Assembly (NCBI GenBank): GCA_964640635.1
Contig: CAZXFD010000001.1
Location: 96,163 to 160,162 of the forward strand
Reading direction: 5' to 3'
DNA from: an uncultured Gammaproteobacteria bacterium
GTDB taxonomy: Bacteria; Patescibacteriota; Patescibacteriia; UBA1558; S5-K13
DNA: 64,000 nt
In this document: positions 47,191-55,970 of the stretch, in pieces
Numbering within the stretch: position 1 is the first letter of the stretch
How the letters are laid out: every line of letters starts with the position of its first letter
Made by a program: the position numbers and the translations under genes
Notes under the pieces: model-generated
What the model was told of the DNA's origin: nothing
What the model saw: only the letters and a program-made list of their open reading frames with translations
Database searches by the model: none

Positions 47191-47892
47191 ATGAAGAAAT
47201 TAGAAAAAATACTTATTAAATTGTCTGGAGAAACGTTGTCTAACGATGACTTTATTTTTGATTTCAAAAAAGTCGAAGACATTGCTAAGGAAATTAAAGA
47301 TGTCTATAAACTAGGAACAAAAATAGGAATTGTTGTAGGTGGTGGAAATATTTTTAGAGGTAGAATGGTAGAAAATAATGAAATTGGACGTGTTGAATCA
47401 GATACAATGGGTATGCTTGCTACAATTTTAAATGGATTATGTCTTGAAACGGTTTTTAGAAAGTGTGGTATGAAAGCAAGAACACTGGGAAGTGTTTCTA
47501 TAGATGGAGTTGTAGAAAAGTATTTCAACAAAAAAGCCCAAGAATATTGGAAAAATGGAGAAGTCCTTATATTCTGTGGTGGAACAGGAAATCCATTTTT
47601 TACAACAGATACTGCAGCAATATTAAAGGCTATAGAAATGAAAGTCGATGCAGTTTTAAAGACAACTCAAGTTGATGGAATATATGATAAGGACCCAAAT
47701 AAGTTTAAAGATGCTAAGAAATACAAAAAATTATCTTATCAAGAGGCACTAGAAAAGAAATTAAAGATAATGGATCTTACAGCTTTTGCACTTGCTATGG
47801 ATAATCATATGACTATAAGAGTTTTCAAGAATCAAAAGGGAAATCTATTAAAAGCAGTAAAAGGAGAAGATATAGGGACAATAGTTGACTAA
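47191..47892 (+). CDS. pyrH: UMP kinase
   Basis: KLSGETL, VVGGGNIFRG, and GTGNPFFTTDTAA motifs. Confidence 0.9.
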   Translation: MKKLEKILIKLSGETLSNDDFIFDFKKVEDIAKEIKDVYKLGTKIGIVVGGGNIFRGRMVENNEIGRVESDTMGMLATILNGLCLETVFRKCGMKARTLGSVSIDGVVEKYFNKKAQEYWKNGEVLIFCGGTGNPFFTTDTAAILKAIEMKVDAVLKTTQVDGIYDKDPNKFKDAKKYKKLSYQEALEKKLKIMDLTAFALAMDNHMTIRVFKNQKGNLLKAVKGEDIGTIVD

Positions 47893-47902
47893 GAAATAAT
47901 GG

Positions 47903-48742
47903 TTGAGGAACGCTAATAATATGGAAAAAAATACATCAGATAGCTTGAAAGTGGCGGTAGTAAAATTTGTCAGTTGGGATGAGGAAAGATATTTTTTGTT
48001 TGATGAAATAAAGGATGGCAATGCATTTTTGAAAAAAGGATCACAATATCTTTTTGATATATTAATTGGAGAAGACGTGGCTGAGGTCATTGAAATAATT
48101 GACAATATTCCAGAAGATTTTGATCAAAAGAAAATAGAAAAAATGATCAGGATTGCAAGCGATGAAGATGTAGATATTTCAAAAAGAAATAATCTAAACA
48201 ACAAAAAAATTCTCAGAGAATCTAGAAAAATTATCAAAAAATATAATATGGATATGAAATTATCAGATCTCCATATTTCATATGATGACGGAATAATGGT
48301 ATTTTCTTTTATAGCAGATGGTCGAGTAGATTTTCGTGAGTTAGTGAAAGAATTATCTAAAAAATATAAGAAGAAAATTAGATTATATCAACTTGGCGTA
48401 AGAGATGAGGCAAAGCTATGTGGAGATATAGGTGATTGCGGACAAATTTTGTGTTGTAAAAGATTTTTGAAAAGACTAGAAAGTATTAATACTGGCTTTG
48501 CAAGAGATCAACAAATTGCTCATCGTGGGCTAGACAAGCTATCTGGAATGTGTGGACGACTTAAGTGCTGTTTGGCATATGAAGAAAAGCATTATCAAGA
48601 ACTTATATTAAAACTTCCTCAAATTGGAGAAAAAGTAAAAACAAAAGACGGCGAGGGAGTCGTCATAGAATTATTTCCACTCAAACTTACAGCAAGAATT
48701 CGTCTTGATAAAGACGGAGCGATGATACATGTTAAATATTAA
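47903..48742 (+). CDS. PSP1 C-terminal domain protein (RicT/YaaT-like)
   Basis: Cys-rich LCGDIGDCGQILCCKRFL ... MCGRLKCCLAYE fits the PSP1/RicT pattern. Confidence 0.55.
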   Translation: MRNANNMEKNTSDSLKVAVVKFVSWDEERYFLFDEIKDGNAFLKKGSQYLFDILIGEDVAEVIEIIDNIPEDFDQKKIEKMIRIASDEDVDISKRNNLNNKKILRESRKIIKKYNMDMKLSDLHISYDDGIMVFSFIADGRVDFRELVKELSKKYKKKIRLYQLGVRDEAKLCGDIGDCGQILCCKRFLKRLESINTGFARDQQIAHRGLDKLSGMCGRLKCCLAYEEKHYQELILKLPQIGEKVKTKDGEGVVIELFPLKLTARIRLDKDGAMIHVKY

Positions 48743-48748
48743 TAGCTA

Positions 48749-48835
48749 GTTAGCTTCGTAGCTACATAGCAAAATTAGTTTTATGATTATTATGATTTTT
48801 TAATTAACTACGTAGCTAAGTAACTGTGTAGCTAA
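48749..48835. repeat. Second copy of the CGTAG palindromic element family (TTAGCTTCGTAGCTA ... AACTACGTAGCTAAGTAACTGTGTAGCTAA)
   Basis: Same arm sequences as 38537-38597. Between the PSP1/RicT-like gene and the ferredoxin gene. Confidence 0.55.
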
Positions 48836-48847
48836 TATGCTAACTAT

Positions 48848-49072
48848 ATGTACAAAACACAAAAAGAAAACAAAGTATTCATAAACAACTTCAAATATTG
48901 TAAGGGTTGTAGTCTTTGCGTAGAAATATGTCCAAAAAAATGTCTGACACTAAAAGACAATAATAGAGGAGTATATGGCAACGATACTGTAGAATGTAAT
49001 ATTGATTTATGTATTCAATGTAAGGCTTGCGAGAGAATTTGTCCCGATGGTGCAATAAAAATAGGAAATTAG
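48848..49072 (+). CDS. 2x[4Fe-4S] ferredoxin-like small protein
   Basis: CKGCSLCVEICP and CIQCKACERICP (two CxxCxxCxxxCP clusters). Confidence 0.7.
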   Translation: MYKTQKENKVFINNFKYCKGCSLCVEICPKKCLTLKDNNRGVYGNDTVECNIDLCIQCKACERICPDGAIKIGN

Positions 49073-49193
49073 TATTTACCATTCGACGTCGAGGCCTCAT
49101 GGCCGAGAGGGAATTTAGAGTTTAGTTTTTATATAGAGACGGGTTGCCTGTTTTTATTTTGCCTAATTTTGTTATTTCAATTATAATCTTTAT

Positions 49194-50912
49194 ATGCAAA
49201 AGAAAAAGTGGCAAGTTATGCCAAAAATTAGTGAAGAATTTATTAAGGAATTTCCAGATTTGAATCCTATAGTTTTGCAGTTACTTCAAAATAGAAAAAT
49301 AGATACTCAAGTTGCTATAGATGAGTTTTTTAATGCTGATTATATTGATGATACTCATGATCCATATTTACTTATTGATATGAAAAAGGCAGTGGATAGG
49401 GTATATAAAGCGCTAGAAGACAAAGAAGAAGTTCTTATATATGGTGATTATGATGCTGACGGAGTGACAAGTTCAGCACTTTTGGTAGAAGTATTAGAAA
49501 GTATTGGAATAAGGGCAGAGGTATATATTCCTCATAGAGAAAAAGAGGGTTATGGACTTAATTTGAGCTCAGTACAAGAAATAATAGATAGAAAATTTAA
49601 TCTTGTTATTACGTGTGATTGTGCTATTACAAACGTTCTTGAAGTAGAGCTATTTAATAAAAACAATATTGATGTAATAATCACCGATCATCACAAAGAG
49701 CCCGCTATACTTCCAAGTGCCTACGCTATTATTCATGCAGGATTAAAGCGAGAGACAAAATATCCATTTCATATTTTACCAGGAGTGGGTATTGCATATA
49801 AATTTGCAGTTGGTATTTTGCAAAGTGAAAAATGTCATTTATCAGACAAAGACAAGGAAATTGCAGAAAAATGGTTGCTAGATTTGGTGGCTATTGGAAC
49901 TGTTGCCGACATGGTACCTCTTGTCGGAGAAAATAGAACGCTTGTTAAATATGGGCTTATGGTAATGAAGAAAACACGAAGATTAGGACTTGAAAAATTG
50001 TATGAAATAGCTGGCACAAATGTAGAAAAATTAAATAGCACTACAATAGGATTTCAAATAGGACCTCGTATTAATTCTGCAGGTCGCATTGGTCATGCAA
50101 ATACATCTTTTGAATTACTTCGCAGTAAAAATTTAGAAAGGTCTATTGAAATTGCAAATGAACTTAATTTGAACAATAGAAAAAGACAAGACATTACAAA
50201 CAAAATTTTATCTCAAGCAAAATCACAGCTAGATTGTGTGGATAAAGATACGAAGTTAATCTGGGTATATGATAAAAGTTGGAACCTTGGAGTAGTAGGA
50301 CTTGTTGCTGGAAAATTGTCTCAAGAATATTATAGACCAAGTTTTGTTTTTGGATATGATGGAACACTTTGGACGGGTTCTGCTCGCGGAATTGATGAGA
50401 TAGATCTTATGGAGGTTATCACTAAAGTAGGAGATAAATTAGAGAGATATGGTGGACATAAGTCTGCAGCAGGATTATCTGTAAAGGAAGAAAACTTCGA
50501 AGAAATAAAAAATATTATTGAAAATGAAATAAGAGAAAAATTAAAAGATCAAGAACTCAGTCCAAGTGTGACACTTGATTGTGAAATAAATCTTGGAGAT
50601 ATTGATTGGGATCTGTGGGATTATTTGGACAAGTTTGAGCCATTTGGGATGGAAAATAGCAGGCCAAAATTCTTGATAAAAGATTGTAAAATAAATGATA
50701 TTAGTTTTATGGGAAAAGAGGATAATCATTTGCGTTTGCAAGTTGAGCAATTCGGAACAGTTAAGAGGGTTGTTGGATTTTCTATGAGCAAAAATTTTGT
50801 TGATATAAAAAAGGATGATAAAATTGATATGGTGGTAGAGCTTGATGTAAATGAATGGAATGGAAATAGAAGTCTAGAAATATACTTGTTAGATTTTAAG
50901 AAGGTTGAATAA
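49194..50912 (+). CDS. recJ: Single-stranded-DNA-specific exonuclease RecJ
   Basis: DHH motifs (GDYDADGV, ITDHH) and DHHA1 (GGHKSAAG). Confidence 0.85.
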   Translation: MQKKKWQVMPKISEEFIKEFPDLNPIVLQLLQNRKIDTQVAIDEFFNADYIDDTHDPYLLIDMKKAVDRVYKALEDKEEVLIYGDYDADGVTSSALLVEVLESIGIRAEVYIPHREKEGYGLNLSSVQEIIDRKFNLVITCDCAITNVLEVELFNKNNIDVIITDHHKEPAILPSAYAIIHAGLKRETKYPFHILPGVGIAYKFAVGILQSEKCHLSDKDKEIAEKWLLDLVAIGTVADMVPLVGENRTLVKYGLMVMKKTRRLGLEKLYEIAGTNVEKLNSTTIGFQIGPRINSAGRIGHANTSFELLRSKNLERSIEIANELNLNNRKRQDITNKILSQAKSQLDCVDKDTKLIWVYDKSWNLGVVGLVAGKLSQEYYRPSFVFGYDGTLWTGSARGIDEIDLMEVITKVGDKLERYGGHKSAAGLSVKEENFEEIKNIIENEIREKLKDQELSPSVTLDCEINLGDIDWDLWDYLDKFEPFGMENSRPKFLIKDCKINDISFMGKEDNHLRLQVEQFGTVKRVVGFSMSKNFVDIKKDDKIDMVVELDVNEWNGNRSLEIYLLDFKKVE

Positions 50913-51049
50913 TGTCAAATATCAAATTTTCAATTTCAAATCAAAATCAAATATCAAAGCAATAATGACAATTTTTTTGAAATTTGATATTTGAATTTTA
51001 GAATTGATTTGACATTGGATATTGGAAATTTGATATTAACATAATCTTT

Positions 51050-51451
51050 ATGAACAAAATAATAACATTTACTGACGGTGGTTCGAGAGGCAATCCAGGG
51101 CCTGCTGCAATAGGCGGTGTTTTATATGATGAAAATAAAAATCAAATTGACTCATTTAAAGAATGTATTGGAAAAACCACCAATAATCAAGCAGAATATC
51201 GTGCACTTCTTAAGGCACTAGAAATTGCAAAAAAACATAAAGCAGAAATAGTAGAGTGTTTCTTGGATAGTGAGCTTGTTGTAAAGCAAATGAAAAGAGA
51301 ATATAAGGTAAAAGATAAAGGATTGGCCATAATTTTTGTACAAATTTGGAATATTGTAATTGGTTTTAAAAAAATTAGCTTTCATCATATACCACGTGAA
51401 AAAAATCAAGAAGCCGATGCGCTTGTTAATGAGGCACTAGATAATGTTTAG
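51050..51451 (+). CDS. rnhA: Ribonuclease HI
   Basis: TDGGSRGNPGPAAIGGVL, catalytic DEDD pattern, ~133 aa. Confidence 0.85.
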   Translation: MNKIITFTDGGSRGNPGPAAIGGVLYDENKNQIDSFKECIGKTTNNQAEYRALLKALEIAKKHKAEIVECFLDSELVVKQMKREYKVKDKGLAIIFVQIWNIVIGFKKISFHHIPREKNQEADALVNEALDNV

Positions 51452-51501
51452 GATTTAGAGTTTAGTGGTTAGTATTTAGAGCTTATTAAAGATATTAAAA
51501 T

Positions 51502-51530
51502 AAAAAACCGATTTATTGATTCGGTTTTTA
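51502..51530 (+). terminator. Rho-independent terminator of rnhA
   Basis: AACCGATTTATTGATTCGGTT hairpin followed by TTTTT. Confidence 0.7.
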
Positions 51531-51540
51531 GATAAAATTA

Positions 51541-52912
51541 AAAGACCTCAACTGGATTGGATGGGTCTTTTTAAAATTTTCCAGAAGTCCTAAGGAGTCT
51601 AACGACGTGGCGGGCTGCACCTTTCGGTCGCGACTAAGCTTATTGTCGTTTAGAGTCCAAAAGGACTTCTGGATGGTCTTATCTGGGAATACTCTATCTA
51701 GAGGCATATTTCCTCGGCGTGAGGTTCCCAGAGACCTATGGTTTCTTTTATTAACCCCTCTAGTCAATTAGACTGCGGGGGTCGTTTCCTGAAGTCTCAA
51801 GGGGGCTTGTAAGCAATTTGCGTAAGCGAGGTGCGAATTCATCTATACGCTTATCGATTCAAGCCCCAAAGAGAACGGGTATTCAATTCACATTGGGTTC
51901 GGAGGACCCATTGGCCTTGGTCTGCTCTTTGCTGACACAGGCCTGACTTTTTTAAAGTCTTGGTCCGTTTGATCCAATATTGGACCAATGTGAACTGATT
52001 GAATTAGGGCGCCTTCGCAATACGATTCTCTAGCTCTTATCGGAGGTTTTAGTCCGATGAGCAATTGAGCGAAGGCGCCAGGGACAAGGGTCGCGTGTGG
52101 CCAAAACTGTGTTCGCACCAAGCTAGGTACGAAAGGGCGCTCTTAAGCATAAACCCTTAACAAATTTTTGACTAACACGCCGATCGGGGCCTATCTTACG
52201 GGACCGGTTTCGTTCATGGGTATTACCGTTATAAAAAACGGAGTTACCATGTCACAGCCGGCAAATTGGTAGGCGCCGTGGGTTTTTTCTGGAGAGCCCC
52301 CATAGCTATTTCTGAGTGCTATGGGGCGGGTTCATTAAGAACCTGCATGCACATATTATAGCGCTTTTCTGAGTCCCAACAAATTGTTGGGGGTGCGCTT
52401 TGTGCGTATGGGGGCGCCAGGGGTGTCTAATGATCTTCGCTAAAAACTCGAGAGTATTGAATAGACGCGAAGACAACAAGACGGGCGACAAAAGACAGTA
52501 CTCATGCTTCTGCAAACTCCCTTATGCAATGTGCTTTTGGGGGAAAGTGGAGTATATGAGGTATCTTTTGTCAAAAAAATTTTTCTATTCGGAATTTCCC
52601 CCAAGTCTCGGGGGCTTTATTTTATCTGAGACTAGGGCTGTCCACGTATGTTCATGATTACCTCCTTAAAGTTTTTTGATCAAGGTATACCGGCGGCGGG
52701 GTTACGGGCAGATCTTTAATTCCGGATGGTTGGCCATGGGTCTTCCTCGTGCATTCATGATACCTCCAGGGGTATTATGGGGCGGGTTATTCCTCATCTA
52801 CCAATCAACACCTATTCAATAATTGAATTTTGTTGATTTCGGATGAAGAATTAATCGCAGGATGATCACGACTCCTTAGTCAACTAATATTTCTGACAGA
52901 GGGAGTCTTTTT
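51541..52912 (+). ncRNA. Candidate large (~1.37 kb) structured non-coding RNA, unclassified; strand tentative
   Basis: GC clearly above the ~28% flanks and no ORF longer than 90 aa on either strand. Dense nested hairpins (51581-51690; 52008-52081 GGCGCCTTCGC/GCGAAGGCGCC; 52296-52331; 52362-52401). Internal repeated motifs. Three +-strand hairpin + U-run terminator-like ends (52262-52290, 52597-52625, 52868-52912). Sits between the rnhA terminator and the holB promoter. Confidence 0.4.
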
Positions 52913-53181
52913 TTCTTTATAACAGCAAGAAAGCTGTAGAAGAGTGGCTAAAATGGTAATTTGTTTATTTTCAAGGCACCAAAGATTAGCTCCTCTTAAA
53001 GAGTCTTCTACATTTTTCTTGCTGTTAATTTGAAGCGAATTGTTAATGTACAATAGAGCACTATAGCATGTCATAGAGTTCTTGTCAATAGTAGTTATCC
53101 ACAGCTCTAAATTGGTCTAGGATTAGATAGTTCCTGAACTTGGGGTAGTAATTTAACTCAAAATTTGCTATTCTTAAAAAT

Positions 53182-54192
53182 ATGGAAAAAGAAGATAGCC
53201 AAAATATGAATTGGCCTATTTTAGGACATAAAAACATAGTCAAGTATCTAGAAAGGCTTATAGAAAAACAAGACTTTTTGCATACATATTTATTTACTGG
53301 ACCTCGTGATATTGGCAAGAAAACAATGGCCGACCTTTTTGTGAAATCTATATTTTGCTCTGACAAAAACTCTATTCCATGTAATCATTGCAATGATTGT
53401 ATTGAAATATCCAAGTTTTCTCACCCAGATTATATATTTGTAGACAGAGAAGAGGGAAAGAAAAATATTTCAATAGAACAAGTAAGGGATTTTCAAAGTA
53501 GAATGTCTAGAACTCCCATGAGATCAAAATACAAAATTGGCCTCATAAACAACGCCGACTCACTCAACAAAGAATCTGCCAATGCACTACTTAAGACAAT
53601 AGAGGAACCAAGTAAGAGTTCTATGGTGATATTGATGGCAGAAAAAATAGAAAATATTTTGCCAACTATTAGATCTCGTAGTCAAAATATTATTTTTAAC
53701 AATGTTTCAGATAGTGAAATTTATGAACACTTAAAATCTCTTGGATCTAGTGGTGATATGGCGCAGGAGTTATCAAAGTTTGCTGGAGGATCTCCGGGGA
53801 TAGCACTCCATTATTTTAAGAATCAAGAAGATTGGAATGCTCAGAAGATTTTTTTGAATCAAATGCTTGAAATAATAGATAATCCTTTGAATGAAAAATT
53901 TTTTTGGGTAGAGAGCATGGTAAAAAAAATTGGAAGTAAAGATAATCAGTATTTTTATTTTGAAAATTTGTTGGATAATTATCTAAAGATTGTTAGAGAT
54001 TTAATTATCTTTAAGATAGATCCCGAGCTTGACCTTATACATAATTTTTTACAAAGCCCTGTTGCTAAGATTTCTAGAAAATATAGCTATGATGAACTTA
54101 TTTCTTTTTATAAAAATATTTTAAGTGCAAAAAAAATGATTTTTCAAAATGTAAATCCTAGGATTATTTTGGAAAATATTTTAATAATATAA
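53182..54192 (+). CDS. holB: DNA polymerase III delta' subunit
   Basis: HTYLFTGPRDIGKKTMA (degenerate Walker A) and Cys-rich zinc module CNHCNDC. AAA+ clamp-loader fold and length. Confidence 0.7.
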   Translation: MEKEDSQNMNWPILGHKNIVKYLERLIEKQDFLHTYLFTGPRDIGKKTMADLFVKSIFCSDKNSIPCNHCNDCIEISKFSHPDYIFVDREEGKKNISIEQVRDFQSRMSRTPMRSKYKIGLINNADSLNKESANALLKTIEEPSKSSMVILMAEKIENILPTIRSRSQNIIFNNVSDSEIYEHLKSLGSSGDMAQELSKFAGGSPGIALHYFKNQEDWNAQKIFLNQMLEIIDNPLNEKFFWVESMVKKIGSKDNQYFYFENLLDNYLKIVRDLIIFKIDPELDLIHNFLQSPVAKISRKYSYDELISFYKNILSAKKMIFQNVNPRIILENILII

Positions 54193-54202
54193 ACAAAAAA
54201 AT

Positions 54203-55276
54203 ATGGATTATAAAAAAATTATAAATGTATTAGTGATTCTATTTATAGTATTTTTTATTTCGGGTTGTAGTTTTAATTTGTCTTTGAAAAAGAGCCAGCC
54301 AGTTGGAATATTTGCAAGTTATGACAAAGGATCAAAGTGGGTTTCAAAAACAGAACTTTTAAATGTTGGAGAAATGAGAGCATTTTTTAATGGTTCTCAA
54401 ATTACATTTTTGAAAACAGACCCAAATGATTCCAAGATTATCTATGCTGGCACAATTGAAGATGGATTGTTTTATTCACTAGATAAGGCAAACTCTTGGC
54501 AAAGAACTCTTGCTTCAAAGGGTGTTGTAAATGATATCGTAATAGATCCAAAAGATTCATGTACTATTTATGCCCTTGTTAGCAATACTTTATACAAAAC
54601 AACAGACTGTGCTAGAAAATGGAAGGATATTTATTCTGAGTCTGGTAAGAGTTTGAAATCTATAGATCTAGACCCATTTAATACACAAATAGTTTATGTA
54701 GGAATTACAGATGGAAGACTTTTAAAAAGTAGTGATGGAGGATATCAATGGAGTGTTCTAAAGAGCTTCGATTCTTCTATAAATGAAATCTTGATAAATC
54801 CAAAAGATTCAAAGAAAATATATTTAGGATTAAAAAGTGATGGTATTTATAAATCTGATGACAGTGGAGAATCATGGAGAGACATAACAGAAGCTATAAA
54901 AGAAGTTGAAAAAGATGTAGAAATTGTTCCTAAGGGTGTTAAGTCTTTTAGATCTTTAATTCTTGATCCATCTAAGGAAGATTCACTTTTTTATGCAAGT
55001 CAATATGGGTTATTTGTTTCTGAAAACGGAGGAAATTCTTGGACAGGTATTAAGCTTTTGACAAAATCAAAAGCAGTAGATATTTATGCGCTTGCTATCA
55101 ATCCAAATAATTCCAAAGAAATTTATTATTCCACTCCTACTACTTTTTTGAAAAGTGTAGATGGAGGAAAAGAATGGATGAATGTAAAGTCTCCAAGTCA
55201 AAACTTGATTTACAGTATTCTAGTGGATAAAGAAAATGGCAATAATATATTTATAGGACTAAGAAGTCTAAAATAA
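54203..55276 (+). CDS. Lipoprotein with BNR/Asp-box repeats (Ycf48 / sortilin-like beta-propeller)
   Basis: Lipobox FISGCS. Six S-x-D-x-G-x-x-W repeats (SLDKANSW, TTDCARKW, SSDGGYQW, SDDSGESW, SENGGNSW, SVDGGKEW). Confidence 0.65.
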   Translation: MDYKKIINVLVILFIVFFISGCSFNLSLKKSQPVGIFASYDKGSKWVSKTELLNVGEMRAFFNGSQITFLKTDPNDSKIIYAGTIEDGLFYSLDKANSWQRTLASKGVVNDIVIDPKDSCTIYALVSNTLYKTTDCARKWKDIYSESGKSLKSIDLDPFNTQIVYVGITDGRLLKSSDGGYQWSVLKSFDSSINEILINPKDSKKIYLGLKSDGIYKSDDSGESWRDITEAIKEVEKDVEIVPKGVKSFRSLILDPSKEDSLFYASQYGLFVSENGGNSWTGIKLLTKSKAVDIYALAINPNNSKEIYYSTPTTFLKSVDGGKEWMNVKSPSQNLIYSILVDKENGNNIFIGLRSLK

Positions 55277-55303
55277 TAAAATATAATTAAATAATAAAAA
55301 AAT

Positions 55304-55858
55304 ATGTCACCAATACTAGAAATTTTTAAAGAAGAGTATGATAGAGCGATTAATCATTACAAGGAAGAAATAGACAAAGTCAGGGCTGGAAAAGCAATTC
55401 CTGCAATGATTGAGGATGTTATGATAGAGTCCTATGGAACAAAAACCCCTATTAAGCAACTTGCATCTATTTCTGTTCCAGAGTCAACGATGCTTGTAAT
55501 AGAGCCATGGGATAAATCTATTTTAAAAGATATTGAAAGAGGTCTTTCTAAAGCAGATTTAGATATGAGTATTTCTGTTTCTGATAATGTTGTAAGAGCA
55601 AAAATTCAAGCATTGACAGAAGAAAAAAGAAAAGCACTTATTAAAATTTTACATGACAAAAGAGAAGACTCTAGAGTTTCAATAAGACAAATTAGAGATA
55701 AGGCAAGAAAAGACATAGAACAAAGAGAGGCAAACAAAGAAATGTCAGAAGATGAAAAATTTGATTTATTTAAAAAAATTGATGATCTTACAAAAGAAAA
55801 GAATCAGGTTATAGAAGAGATGACAGATAAAAAAGAAAAAGAGATAATGACGGTCTAA
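55304..55858 (+). CDS. frr: Ribosome recycling factor
   Basis: Full-length RRF homologue (184 aa) with conserved C-terminal Arg/Lys-rich helix. Confidence 0.9.
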   Translation: MSPILEIFKEEYDRAINHYKEEIDKVRAGKAIPAMIEDVMIESYGTKTPIKQLASISVPESTMLVIEPWDKSILKDIERGLSKADLDMSISVSDNVVRAKIQALTEEKRKALIKILHDKREDSRVSIRQIRDKARKDIEQREANKEMSEDEKFDLFKKIDDLTKEKNQVIEEMTDKKEKEIMTV

Positions 55859-55970
55859 TTAATATCAAATGACAAATTTCTAATGTCAAAAGATGGAAGA
55901 CGTTTTGTAATTTGTTATTTTAACTTTCCGCCAAAGGCGGATCAGCCTCCGGCTGAGAAATTTATTTAAT

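Noticed and set aside
49075-49110. Possible tRNA or tmRNA 5' end (CATTCGACGTCGAGGCCTCATGGCCGAGAGG)
   Set aside because: No cloverleaf: no T-loop GTTCRANYC, no D-arm, and no acceptor-stem complement. Looks like a simple GGCC hairpin terminator after the ferredoxin gene.
51528-52657. Short ORFs (60-90 aa) on both strands inside the GC-rich segment (51528..51767 -, 51888..52121 -, 52306..52515 -, 52400..52657 +)
   Set aside because: No domain-like sequence, Arg/Pro/Gly-rich translations typical of GC-rich non-coding DNA, no start context, and they overlap strong hairpins. Treated as incidental ORFs within a structured RNA or non-coding region.
52651-52671. The 16S-like GATTACCTCCTTA motif as evidence of an rRNA gene
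   Set aside because: No other universal 16S blocks (GTGCCAGCAGCCGCGGTAA, AAACTCAAAGGAATTGACGG, TGTACACACCGCCCGTCA) occur in the window. It is a motif mimic only.
51541-52912. Specific identification of the GC-rich segment as RNase P RNA, tmRNA, SRP RNA, a group I/II intron or an rRNA fragment
   Set aside because: I looked for P4 GGAAAGUCCGG / ACAGAA-CCGGCUUA, tmRNA GGAUUCGACGGG and the tRNA-like 3' end, the SRP GGAAGCAGC motif, group II domain V, and 16S/23S universal blocks. I found only weak partial resemblances (for example ACAGCCGGCAAATTGG). That is not enough to call any of these.
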